DNA of 63,971 nt, filler included, from Platydemus manokwari (GCA_037951405.1; 6 parts of 6 records of this genome joined end to end with filler, not necessarily neighbours in it), one strand, 5' to 3'. Positions 14,556 through 26,964 are shown, numbered from the whole stretch's first letter. Translations and numbers: made by a program. The notes: generated from the sequence alone by a model not told the origin.

Positions 14556-15308
14556 CTGGAAAAATATCATTCGTCACATGGGGATGCATTGAAAGAAATT
14601 AGAATTTAGAAGTTTTATGTTCACCAAAATCTACTATCATTTTCTTTAAAGTATGAAAACATGTGGTATTAAATTTTGTACTGAAATTTTGTTTAAAAAC
14701 TTTTTTAAGATAATAATTACTCACTACTACTCAATAATTTATGAGTATTATAACATATATAAGTAAAAAATTACTTATATATTTCATATCAATAAATAAT
14801 TGGAATAAAAAGGGCTTAGAAATAATGAATACAAACTATCACGAACTACTGTGAACTGGTTTCGGCGTGAAATACTTTTATTGTTTGACTAAATCCAATA
14901 AAAACACAAACCATATCATTGTGTATTTCAAGATTAAATCATAATCTAACCGTGACATTGAACCAGTGTCAATAATATAACATTTATCGATCTACATTTC
15001 ATTGTATATATTTAATATCAATATATTGTTTTAGTAACAGATTATTTTAATGATTATAATTCAATTGTGCACTTCTGAAATATTAAATATATCCATCCCA
15101 TAATATCAGTTCGATTAAACAAAACCAAAAATAGTTCTTTCATTGACCGAGTAGTGAGTGTTTGAATAGAAATAATAAACAAAGACGATAACATATAAAC
15201 AACAGCCGAAATAAGTCTATAAATATTTATATTATTATAAGGGCATTATTATTATTATTATATTATTATTATTATTATTATATTATTATTATTATATTAT
15301 TATTATTA

Positions 15309-15408
15309 NNNNNNNNNNNNNNNNNNNNNNNNNNNNNNNNNNNNNNNNNNNNTTAATTAATTAANNNNNNNNNNNNNNNNNNNNNNNNNNNNNNNNNNNN
15401 NNNNNNNN
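15309..15408. other. Artificial 100-bp contig-joining spacer (44N-TTAATTAATTAA-44N)
   Basis: Identical spacer five times; the palindromic 12-mer gives a stop in all six frames. Confidence 0.95.
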
Positions 15409-16087
15409 AATAGTAATGATAATAATAGTAACAATAATAACATTAATAATAATATGAATAAAAATATTTGGTAATAATAGTAACTAAATTCCTAATTCAA
15501 GTCTATGGAATTGTCTAATAATTTTATATCTGTTTTATAGGTCATCTTAACGAACTGATTGATTTATTAAGGATGTGAGTTTGATTTTCTTATTTAAAGA
15601 TAAATCTTTATTTTAAATTTTTTATCCTTTAATAACTTATGATAATTTTCTGTTAAAAATTTCCACCAGCTTACAATTTAAAAAAATCTCATAAATTAAT
15701 TTTATAAAAATGAAAAACATTGAAAATGTAAAAATGGATTTTGTAATATGTGATTTCCATAAATATTCGACACGATCATAATTTTCAGATAGAATTCATG
15801 CAAGATTTATCGCTGTAAAGGTAATGATCAGGCCTTCATTTTAAGCAGTTACTAAGAACCTTTCACCAATTTCTGACGAATAGTTCAGGGATAGACAGGT
15901 TTTTATTTCTTTCTACTCCTTAGTTCAGAATAGTATTGAAGTTTATAACTAAAGATAGCGGTTTGAAATAAAGGTCATTGTAAAGGTATCAGAGAATATT
16001 AAAATTGAGCGATTCTTGTTCTTGTTTCGACAAACTCTCTAATAGCCGTATCTTCTGTTGATTTCTTGTTATTACACTGATTTGTAT

Positions 16088-16538
16088 GGCGTGGTCGCCA
16101 ATTACGTCATAAGAACATTCATGCATAATATATATATTTGAAAAACTATACTAAAGCAACAATCAATTATATAAAAAGCACCACGTGTTTATTTATTTAA
16201 ACACGTCACTGTTAATATTATCATTTAGTTTGTTACTATTCCATTTTGTTTGTTACTATTATCATTTAGTTTGTTACTATTCCATTTAGTTTGTTACTAT
16301 TCCATTTAGTTTGTTACTATTATCATTTAGTTTGTTACTTTTCCATTTAGTTTGTTACTATTATCATTTAGTTTGTTACTATTATCATTTAGTTTGTTAC
16401 TATTCCATTTAGTTTGTTACTATTATCATTTAGTTTGTTACTATTATCATTTAGTTTGTTACTATTATCATTTAGTTTGTTACTATTATCATTTAGTTTG
16501 TTACTATTATCAAATAGTATGAAAAATGGTATGTAATC
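16088..16538 (-). mobile_element. Probable LTR (about 16101-16537) followed by a tRNA primer-binding site TGGCGACCACG
   Basis: The minus strand reads ...ATGACGTAAT-TGGCGACCACGCC. Imperfect 7-bp terminal inverted repeat ATTACGT (16101) / ATGTAAT (16531-16537). Internal TATA-like run and minisatellite. Confidence 0.5.
16211..16512. repeat. Minisatellite, 20/21-bp unit (ATTATCATTTAGTTTGTTACT / ATTCCATTTAGTTTGTTACT), about 14 copies
   Basis: Directly visible head-to-tail repeats of two unit variants, without unique spacers. Confidence 0.95.
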
Positions 16539-19309
16539 AGAACTACTATTGAGGACGACTCTAACCAATAAAAATCAATGGTGCCAGACAACAAGTCTAT
16601 AAAGAAGTCAATTATTGAAGAAAACTGCCAATCTTTTATCGTCGTTAACTTTTGCAGATGTTTTTATATTTTGTTTATGGAACTAATTGTGGCTTTCGAA
16701 ACTTTTGTTTCTCTGACATTTTCGTTGCATTTGTACGAACTTTTATTTTATAATTATAATCTTGTATATTCAGTTCCGATAATTATCGTGACAATGATAT
16801 CATGTTATAGATTGATACAATCAAACCATGATTTATCAATTTACTTAACGAAAGATAATTCCAAACTAAATTTATTTTTTCTGTTATGAAAATCCAAAAA
16901 TGATGGAATGTGCATGGATAACTTCGAAGATTGTTATTTTTAGAAATAATTTAAAAATTAATAATATGAACAATAAAATCCAGAATTAAAATCTCAGAAA
17001 AGCTCTCTTGTTAAATTACAATGCTTATTTAATAAAATAGTAATACCTACTGTGGCTATTACGCATTTTGGTTGGATTATGAGAAGACCAATGACAGAAA
17101 AGTCTATAATTCATCAGATAGAAGAATTGCAGACTTGCCGCCTTCGCTATAACTGCGAGAGAAAGAAATGATAAAAAAACATGAAGCATAATTTTAGAAT
17201 AAACAGAGATGGAGAAAATAGAAGAGAAAGAGATAGATAAAGAGAATGCAATGGAAAAATATAGTAAATAAAATAGATAATTCAATAACATAAAATAAAA
17301 TACTTTGAAATAAGAGTGGTGCGGAGTAGTTTTGATAAATAATGTTCAGAGAGTAAAAAATAAAAATGAAAATATATCAATTTGTTTTTAAAGGCATGAT
17401 TAATGAAAGAATAGCAGCTAACAAGTAAATTGAATACACTTGTCGGTATGTAATCATAACAATAGCGTTGTGTAAGGAAAATGTATGGAAACGGTTGTGA
17501 TTAGAAAATGAATTTGATTTAACGATTATGTTTTGCTCCTAATAGAAATCCAAACATCTTGCCGTTAATTTTACAATTTGGTTGACAAAAAGTCTTTAAA
17601 TCAACTCTCACAAAAATGATAAAAATCTCAGAAAAATTAAAAAAGATAAAAACATTTATTAAGATACAATACATGCCGATATTTTGATTGTTTCATATTT
17701 CCAGTCAAATCTTTAAATACGACAACCCCGAAATCCATAATTATTAGATAAATATAAAATTTTAATCATTATTTAATATTTCAATGAAGATGGGTAAGAC
17801 TGGGCCTATCATTTATGCATTTCATTGAGGTTTTTCAAATCTCGGTAATCACATTTCCCTTATCTTAAATTCTTTAAAATATCAAATCAAGTCATACTAG
17901 AAAAATCATAAAAATGTTGATGAAAAGTCGGAGTGTCCATTTTCTTAATTTGCGTCATCCAATTTATCATTTGTATTTTATTTTCATTTTTATCGGACAA
18001 AGATTTTGCATCGTCGAAAATAAATGACTGGAAAATTGAAGCGAGAATGCGAAATAGAAATCGATATTCTACAGGATTATTTTTCTCGACGAAGGGAATT
18101 CTTCATCAATTAAAAATGGAAGTATATTGATCGAATTCACACTTTGCAATGAGATCGTAGATTCTGCTTAAATATACGTTATCGCTATTTAGAGATGCAC
18201 AACATCGGATTATCTGTAGAGTTGAGTTATAAAATTTATGAAAATGATAGTTTGACCGAGAACACGTCGAAATTAACGTGTTTTTATTGGATCTAGATGT
18301 CAGCTGTGTGACGTAATTTTTAATATTTCAGCTCGAAACCTGAGTTTAGAAAAAGGCGATCAAATTAAAATTTTAAAAACATGCTGTTTAAACCATAAAC
18401 TTTGCTTTAAATCTTTTAATTTCGAAATTATCCTCGAAAATTAACATTTTCCTCATCGAAAATCAACAGTTTATTGTAATGTAAAAACTGATGAGGTTCT
18501 ATATTTGTTATGAATTACATTATATGAGAAAGAGAGGAAATTCTAAATTCTTTAATCTTATTAGACGCTTCATTAATAGAGAATTACATTTTCTCATCAA
18601 TCTATCAAGTCTTACTTCGATCCAGCGATTCTTAGAAAAATTTCTTAATGTTTATTATGTGCCTTATAGATATTATTTAGACTGACTTCATTTTCTGTAG
18701 ATAGTGTTCAGCCATCTTTGATGATTAAATAATTCTGTGAAAAGGCACATGAGAAAACTGACATTATTCTTTGGATCATTCCAAATTAATAAATTATTCC
18801 ACAAGGTTTTCTCGATCTGGCAATTTCTCCTATCTTTAAAAATAATTAAAAATAATAAAATAGATGCTTTGCAATTTTAGACCTTCGTTTGATGTTGGTG
18901 AAAGGTTATCGATAGGGTGTCTGGGGGGTAGAAATAAATGTGTCATGTCTATTATCGATAAGCTATATTGACGATATATTGGCATGATATTTTGATATTT
19001 TTGGCTGAAATGTTCAAAGCGCTCAAAGTAGAACCAGAATTTGGTTTCTGCACTAAAATCTAGCTTTTCTGATAATCTAATATTTGCGTTGTCAAAACCA
19101 TGATGTGATTTAAAAAATGCAACACACCAAGTATAAGAAAAAGTTTTTAATTTAAATTTTTTAATCATAAACCGAATTATTCAACTATCGTATATGCTTC
19201 CTTTTTTATAGAGCCTAAGTTCGAAAACCCTCTCGAATAGAACACTTAAAAAGTATCAAAGAGGGCCCTGTTGGTCCATGATTTTCTTCCTTGAATTGTG
19301 CATTAATTC

Positions 19310-19881
19310 TGTGAGAATATCAAATTGAATTTGAATTTATATTTAATTTAGTTTGATATTAAATTTTATTCATTTTGTTTAAATAATTGTCTTTGAATTG
19401 AATTGAATGTCGAGTCTTTTCAGTTCGTTTTCGATGCGTTTTTTATAAAATTGTAGCGGCTTACATGGCGACCACGCATCTGGATTCGATTCTGAGAAGA
19501 CTGATGACTGTAAATTCAGAAAAGAAGTAGAAAGATGTGATACTATATAGAGAATATGTGAAGAATATAAAAAAGATGTAGATTAGATATAAAGAAGATA
19601 TAGAGAAGATATAGAGAAGCAATAAAAGATAGAAGAAAAGATAGCTTTACGTAGATGAATATTACGAGTATTCGATACAATGCCAATCAAGAATACAATG
19701 AAAATCAAATATTTTAAAAAGGGGGATGTGACAATGTCAAATTGAATGTGAATTTATATTTAATTTAGTTTGATATTAAATTTTATTTATTTTGTTTAAA
19801 TGATTGTCTTTGAATAGAATTGAATGTCGAGTCTTTTCAGTTCGTTTTCGATGTGTTTTTATAAAATAGTAGCGGCTTACA
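19310..19881 (+). mobile_element. TRIM-like non-autonomous LTR retroelement (572 bp)
   Basis: 5' LTR 19310-19465 and 3' LTR 19727-19881, both TGTGA...CTTACA, differing by 8 substitutions and 1 indel by my count. PBS TGGCGACCACG at 19466. PPT AAAAAGGGGGA at 19716-19726. 261-bp non-coding purine-rich interior. No clear TSD (AATTC vs GTCTC). Confidence 0.88.
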
Positions 19882-20557
19882 GTCTCGCCAATAAATCATT
19901 ATCATTTGGTATTTTTAGAAATACAAACCAGTAAGATGTTTCTTATTTTTAAAATTTATTGTTAATCGGTTTTTAATAATTATAATATTAATAATAATAA
20001 CAATAATAATTACAACATTATTAAGAGCTGTATAGTGTAAAGATTTTTAAAATATACGATAATTGCCATTTTTAGAGTTTTCTGAGTTAAAAACTCTAAT
20101 ATTATTCTACATTGTAGCTTTTTATCTTCGATTTACAGAGGTCAAAAATACTTTAAAAATAGCATTTGTTCCGATAATCTATAAGAAAATAAATCATCTA
20201 TTTAGAACTGTAATAAATGATCTATTATTTCATATTTAAACTTTATGAAAATCTCGAAAACCAACAATCACATCTTTGATAATAATCACAAAATCAATGA
20301 CAAAATTTTTAATGATAAATGAAAACCGCTACTATTTTATAAAACACGCATTGAAAACGAACTGAAAAGTCACGACAACAAATTATATATTTATATACAA
20401 CCTTTATAAACAAATTAATATAATTTTACATAAAATCTGGATTAAATCTTTAAAATTTTAATTCAATTTAAATTGCTCACAGTCAATATTTTGTTTGTTG
20501 ATAATAAATGTTATAATATTTATTTTAAATTTTCATTTTTATTCTAAAACAGTAAAA

Positions 20558-20650
20558 ATGTCCAAGTGGAATAATAACAGCAAAATTGGAGATTTCCATG
20601 CCAACAGTCCATTACCATCTAATAAAGGCAAACCCAAATACAATCGATAA
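20558..20650 (+). CDS. Candidate 30-aa small ORF (MSKWNNNSKIGDFHANSPLPSNKGKPKYNR)
   Basis: AAAAATG start 5 nt after a 43-bp GT..AG intron-like segment (20510-20552). Locally raised GC. Downstream ATTAAA. No homology recognised. Confidence 0.3.
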   Translation: MSKWNNNSKIGDFHANSPLPSNKGKPKYNR

Positions 20651-22276
20651 ATGATTATCAGAATTTGACTTGTGCATTTATTCTTATTAGATTAAAATCT
20701 AATAATTTCATATTTTTTATTTTTTGTATCAATAATAGACTAGTAAGTAATCGATTCTTTCAATCTTTTTCTCCAAAATTAAAGACGTATCTAACTATAC
20801 ATAGACATATTTATAGAAATATAATATAGTTGGTCCTAGTCACTCGGATGTGAAGCTAGATTCTATTTTCCCCAATAATCATTGAATTATTTTGCATTTA
20901 ATTTATGTTGTTGTTTTGTACTTCGATGATTTTGTTCTCATAAACTTCTGTTAGAGTTTTATTTTTCAATTAAATTTCAAGATATTTTTGTTTTTGATTT
21001 TTTTTACATTGTGATTTTTCTTCATAAAAATTGTAAATTTATTAAACTATTGGTAAACCTTAATAACGAAACTGACAAGTGATACCGAAGTTATGATTTT
21101 ATGTATTATTATTTGTGTGTAATAATAATGATGATAATAAATGTCTAGTACATTCATTAATAAAGTTTTCACCGGAATGATATTGATAATATTATTGTTT
21201 TTATCCGATCTCATCAGTAGTCTAATTGAACTGATCGTTGAAATTTATGACTTGATATAAAAATGTATCATTATTTAATAAAATATAAATGAATTTTTCT
21301 AAATGCCATTCGTTGTGGACACTCTGTATTATTTGATATGGTATGGTTTTATATTTAAAAACAATTATTGAAACAAATAAGCTATTCTTAAAAATAGAGT
21401 TCATAGAAAGAAATATTAGAAATCTCTAAAATATATCTCCAAATCACTGTAAAAAGTCAAATGTTTAAACTCGTAACAACACATGGATTATATGATTATA
21501 GAATTGAACGGAATATATTAACAGTAGGTATTTGCTTTGAATTTGAAATTATGAAGTTTTCCAATTCATCGATGATGTCGCTTTTTAATTCCGATTCGTG
21601 TGATATTGAAATTAAATTTTGTCACGGTGTTTGAAATATTTCTCATCATTTTTATTTTATTATTTGTACTTTAATTTATTGTTATCAGAAAAAAATATAG
21701 TATTTAAATAAAAATAGCTATAAATTTGAACGACACAGGAAATAACAAGATATAATTTGTCAACAAATAATCATTTCAGAAATATCGTCAGCTATATCCA
21801 GAATTTGAGAATAAAGTTAAATGAGTTGTTTAACTTTATTACTGTTAATATTGCTTTGAATATTATTCCAAATATGGTTTAATATTTTATGAATGATAAT
21901 ATTAACTGATCATTTCATATTTCATCTCGATTGCTCGTACATAATTTAAACAAACAGCTAGTAATTGACATCTGTTTTCAGAATGTTAAATATTTCAATA
22001 TAAGTGAAAAAAAATTGAATATTGTTTGTGTTTAGTGATAATTGATATATATATAATTTCATCAGATTTTTATTTTTACTCTACAAGATAACCCAACAAA
22101 CGATTTTGTTATGCCTCTAAATTTACTCTGATAGAAAACATTCTAATTGAAATAATATTTTTATTAATGATCATATTGTTAAATGACAAATTTGGTTTCA
22201 ATTACATAATATTTAAAACTTAAGCCTAAAATCTGAAACGGCTTAAACTATATAACATTTAGATGATTGAAATATA

Positions 22277-24570
22277 TTGACAAGAAAAGACAATTACCCA
22301 TTGCCGTTAATCGACGATATGGTCAACCGAGTCCGAGGAGAAAATTTGTTCTCCACCCTAGATCTGCAAGCAGGTTACAATAATATCGAGATGGAGTCAA
22401 TACCCATCACTGCCTTCACGGATGGCAAAGGACTGTATGAGTACACGGTCATGCCATTCGGACTCACTGGAGCTCCCGCCACGTTCCAAAGAGCAATGAA
22501 CATTATGCTGATGGACGTGCAACACGCAATGGTTTACATGGACGATGTGATCATTTATTCTAACGGTCTCACAGAACACCTCCAAGACATCGAAAGGGTA
22601 CTACAAAAGTCAAGCTCAAACCCACAAAGTGTGAATGGGCCAAACGAGAAGTAAAATACCTAGGACACATGGTATCAGGGGAAGGAGTAAAACCTGACCC
22701 GGCTTACACCCAAAAAGTAGCCAAATTTCCACCACCCAAAATGGTGAAACAAGTACAAGAGTTCCTAAGATTGGTCAATTACTATCGGAAATTAATACGA
22801 AACTGTGCAGCAATGGCCCTTCCACTAACAGCGTTATTACATAAGAACAAACCATTTCAATGGCAGCAAGAGCAGAGGCAAGCCAATTTTGAGACATCCT
22901 GACATGAGTAAGCCGTTTATCATCATGACAGACGCAAGCGGATATGCGATAGAAGTCGTCTTCAGACAGACCGATAATCAAGGAAATGAGTACGCGATAG
23001 CCTACGTTAGCCGAGGTTTAAAAACACATGAGAAAAACTATGCTGTCATCGAACTAGAAGCCCTCGCTATCGTCTACGCTGTAGAGAGATTCAGGACATT
23101 CGTATATGGACAAGAAATTCACGTACTCACAGATCACAAACCTCTACAATGGTTGTTACAACACAGCCTCAAGACTCATCAGATGGCCTTAAAAACTAAA
23201 ACAATACAATATCAAGCTGTTCTACAGAAAAGGCAAAGCCAACGGAAATGCCGACGCATTATCCCGAGCCAATCCTACAGAATATGAAGTCACTACAGAA
23301 ACTGTGCTCACTGCTAACCAAACATTAAGCAACCAATATGATATAGCAGCATTGCAAAAAGAGGATGATGACATCATGCAAATAGTGAAAACAATAGAAG
23401 ACAAAACAGAACAATGGTCAGAAATTACAAAAACGTCGGAAACCAAAAAGCTCCAACAAATCAAAGGAGAACATGGGGAGATTTGTTATCCAAGCCGATA
23501 TCGTAAAGTATCAAACAGACACAAACAATCTCTTCGTCTTACCCTAAGTTCTACAAAATATAGTACTTCTACAGTATCACGACGGAACTTTAGGAGGACA
23601 CCTGGCCGCCAGGAAAACCATGAGCCGTATCCGACAAAAATACTATTGGCTAAATATGAAAAAAAGACATACACGAATGGTGTACAACCTGCAAGGTATG
23701 CCAAACCAGACGAAACACAGGAAAGAAATGCAAAGTACCAATTGTCGCCATGGACGTCGTCGGACTATTGCCAATCACCAAACAAGCGAACAAATTCGTT
23801 CTAGTATTTTACGACCATATAACTCGATGGGTTGATGTTTTCGCAATCTCGAACCATACCGCAAACACTATAGCTCGTATCTTTTCGAAGAAATAATCTT
23901 TCGATATGGTGTACCAAAAAAGTTACTAACCGATCGAGGTACCGAATTCTTAAGCCAAATCATAAATCAAGTAAATCAGTTTTTTGAAATTACCAAGCTG
24001 ACTACATCCGCATACCACCTTCAAACCAATGGGAAGTGCGAAAGACCAAACGGTACTTTTGGTAACATGTTAGCTTGTTATACCAACGACCGACAGAACG
24101 ATTGGGACGTACACTTATCATCCTGCAGATTTGCCTACAACAATGCACCGCATAGCGGAACTGGGTATTCACCATTCTATTTGATGTACGCACGAAATAG
24201 CAACATGCCTGTTGACTTAGAAATTGAACAAACATTAGAACAATACATGGAAGAGGAAGATTACGTTACCGTAATGAACAAAAGGGTAACTCGAGCATGG
24301 CCAAAAGCTCAGCTGTATACGAAGCATCAACAAAAGCAATCAAAGGACAGATATGACCAAGGAACAAAGGAGCACTCACTCAAAGTAGGAGATCAGGTCG
24401 TGTTAAAGCAAAAAGCATGCAAAAAGGAACTATCCTCGAAATTAGCCCGTCCATTCAAAGGACCATTTACAGTGGAAAAGGTAACCGATACTAATGTGGT
24501 GATTCGAGCGTCGAAAAACAAAAATGCAGAACCAATGTGAACCGATGTAAACGGTACGAAGAAGAGAAAG
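22277..24570 (+). pseudogene. pol: Gypsy pol (RT, RNase H, integrase) with frameshifts and stops
   Basis: RT: KDNYPLPLIDD, STLDLQAGY, MPFGLTGAPATFQR, VYMDDVII. RNase H: IMTDASG, NYAVIELEALAIVYAVERFR, TDHKPL, NADALSR. IN: YHDGTLGGH..YYW..C-x2-C, TDRGTEF, SAYHLQTNGKCER, GYSPFYLMY, RPFKGPF (GPY/F), VNRCKRY. Confidence 0.93.
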
Positions 24571-24945
24571 TCACATCACAAACGGGACATCGTAACCCAT
24601 TACAATCACAACTGATAACACTCACTGTTTTGAGCCTAATCACAATAGCTCAAGGAGGAGCGTGCCATTCTCCTTTAATACGACCATTTTGGACAATTGC
24701 ATGGGATGATAACGACGTTACAGTACATGTCCAAAGAGAACAGAACAACGGAACAAGAAGTCACCGAACATCCTACTCGGACTATGAGCATCTTTGTAAA
24801 GATAGCCATCATAGCTGGAATAGCAACGGCATCTGTAGCCTCCATTCTATTTCCGATTGGAGCATGTCTACTAACAAGGCACAAGGTACAAGTATATCGA
24901 CATTACCTACCACCCCTAACGTACTTCAGTAGTACGACGTTATGA
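24570..24945 (+). pseudogene. env-like remnant: signal-peptide-like segment plus C-terminal membrane anchor, ectodomain apparently deleted
   Basis: LITLTVLSLITIAQG is in frame with the integrase tail. A different frame gives IFVKIAIIAGIATASVASILFPIGACLL followed by the basic tail TRHK. Confidence 0.45.
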
Positions 24946-25077
24946 CAATTACAGAACCGCCCTAAAATCACTATCGTTATTTATATATACATATATATCG
25001 TATTACTATATGAAATCAGTAGCTGTGTATACTATAGGTATCATTCAGCTATGATTATTAATTCACTTTATTCAGAT

Positions 25078-26580
25078 ATGGATTACAATCGGAAAGTATA
25101 TTCCATCATACAATATCCAGTCAGTATTGGGCCTCAGCCCATCCTCCCGATTCAATGACTGCAAATGCATGGCATGAAACAATGGTCGAAGTTCGCCGAC
25201 AGAACTGCAGACACCGAAGGTACCATTCTCATGTACTCCTGCCGAATAAACTCAAATTCGCTTTCCGAGGACCACGCGAATCTGTAGCTGCCTACATAGA
25301 AACCCAAACAAGAGCTCTCCTCACCAAAATCATACCAGGAAGCTCTCAAGCCGATCAGTATCCACGTACCTGGATAACTGCTACAACCCAGCAAATACTT
25401 GTCTTCGGTATCGATGAGCCAATTCTCTACAAGCCAGCCCCGCTCTCGAGATCCTAATGTGAAATAAACGGATCAACCGTATCATGATAGAAGCTGCAAA
25501 AGCACCCACCACGGTAGTCATGGAATACGGTAGAGATGAGGAAGAAGAAGGACCTCAACCATCAGAGATGATTTTTAAGACTGCAGTGCCACCCGAAATC
25601 GAAAATTATTTATCTTTCGTTCGTACTTCAACTCGCAGATCATCCCGCACGAATGAGATTCATCGCAGCTCGATTATTAGGAGTCGTCACGCACTCCCAG
25701 CAAAGGAATCACAGAAGGCTGTGCAAGCCATCATCGTAAAAAACCATCTAGGGGAGCCAATTCTTCGCTCTAAAGTCACTCCGAGACATTACGTCCGACA
25801 TTTTCACAACGAAGGTGAAGATCATGTCAAAGAAGAAGATCTAGTGGGACAATGGGACGAACAAGCCTGTAGAAACGAGATATGCGTATCTTTAATCAGC
25901 ATATCGTCGTGGGACATCAAGTCTACGACATCGGAAAAACCCTTGATATTCCCCACAAGGAGATAGTATGCATAAAGGACCTTGCCAAAGCTGAATGCCT
26001 TACCGAATATAATCTCGATCCAAGGAACCCAATCAAGTTGAAACACATTAAGCAAAAAATACTGCCCAACTTTCAACCCAAAGAAAGTCGCACCTTTCGG
26101 GTAATCCAACGCAACGTAGAAATCATTCGCGCCCTTTACCAGGAACTCAATGAAAAATGGGTCAACCCATCCATTCTCGAAACCACAAAAAGAGTTCAAG
26201 AAAAGGAAGCCTCCAAAGAAAAATCGTTCGCATGGCCGTCAGTGCCCAAACCAAGTCAGAGCACGAGTTAGAAATCTAGCCCTCAGATAAGACAAAAACC
26301 CAAATCGAGCCAGAAACTACAGCTAAGACCAATGTCTAGCACCTCCGAAGAAGGTATTCTCACCATAATCGCCCTAGAAGAGCAGATTGACCAAACGGCA
26401 GATGAAAGAGACCGCCGCACACCAATGGAAAAAAAAGTTCAAAATCCCGCTGCCAAAAACCAAGAAAAAGAAATCTGTGGAAAATCCAGAAAAGGAACCG
26501 AAACGCTCACGACCCAGTGACAGTTTTGCAATGTCAAAATTCAAAAATTCTACAAACTCTCCTGTCCACACACACTAAAT
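25078..26580 (+). pseudogene. Additional ORF of unknown function inside the Gypsy element (fragmented)
   Basis: Chain of plus-strand ORF pieces 25078-25158, 25155-25457, 25484-25966, 25882-26271, 26332-26578. Element-like composition. Preceded by a pyrimidine tract and TTCAG acceptor (25075). Confidence 0.55.
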
Positions 26581-26964
26581 AATTCGTGTAGAGGGATCTC
26601 GACACTATGTCATGGGCATCCTCTACATCAACCTAAATGGCAACCAGCATCTAGAGACGTATCGAAATGCCGATCTGGAAAATGCCCAGAGAAGTGAAGA
26701 AGACAAGCGCAAGTGAATCAATGACAATGTACAGACATTATCCGGCGTTGTAGCCAAACTCTTATCTTCATCTTGCCTTGTAGCGACTAGTTTATCCGGC
26801 GTTGTAGCTATTATTGTATTGACAGTTATTTTATTCGACGTTGTAGCCATCATTTTATGCACATGTTATGTATTTTAATCGGCACTATAGCCATTTTTAT
26901 GTAACGGTATGATTCAATTACCTTCTGTCTAATTAACTCCTTAATTGACCTTTTCCTTTTTAAT

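Larger units (their letters stand above)
22277..26964 (+). mobile_element. Ty3/Gypsy LTR retrotransposon, 5'-truncated and decayed, with extra 3' ORFs; 3' LTR beyond the contig end
   Basis: Abrupt GC increase at about 22277; RT-RNaseH-IN order typical of Ty3/Gypsy; the same composition continues to the spacer at 26965. Confidence 0.9.

Noticed and set aside
15353-15364. Recurring TTAATTAATTAA as a biological motif
   Set aside because: Always centred in an exact 100-bp N block; an assembly linker.
15780-15900. Copia RT fragment (RPD(I)TFTAINLA, minus strand)
   Set aside because: Requires a frameshift inside the motif and lacks supporting neighbours.
16211-16512. CRISPR-like array
   Set aside because: Units are contiguous with no unique spacers, there are no cas genes, and the context is eukaryotic; it is a minisatellite.
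17290-17530. Retroviral-type aspartic protease relic (SGAE..VVLIN)
   Set aside because: Catalytic Asp absent and too degenerate to call.
19490-19540. Hammerhead ribozyme (CTGATGA...GAAA) in the TRIM interior
   Set aside because: Stem II register is wrong and no NUH triplet with stem I/III pairing can be built.
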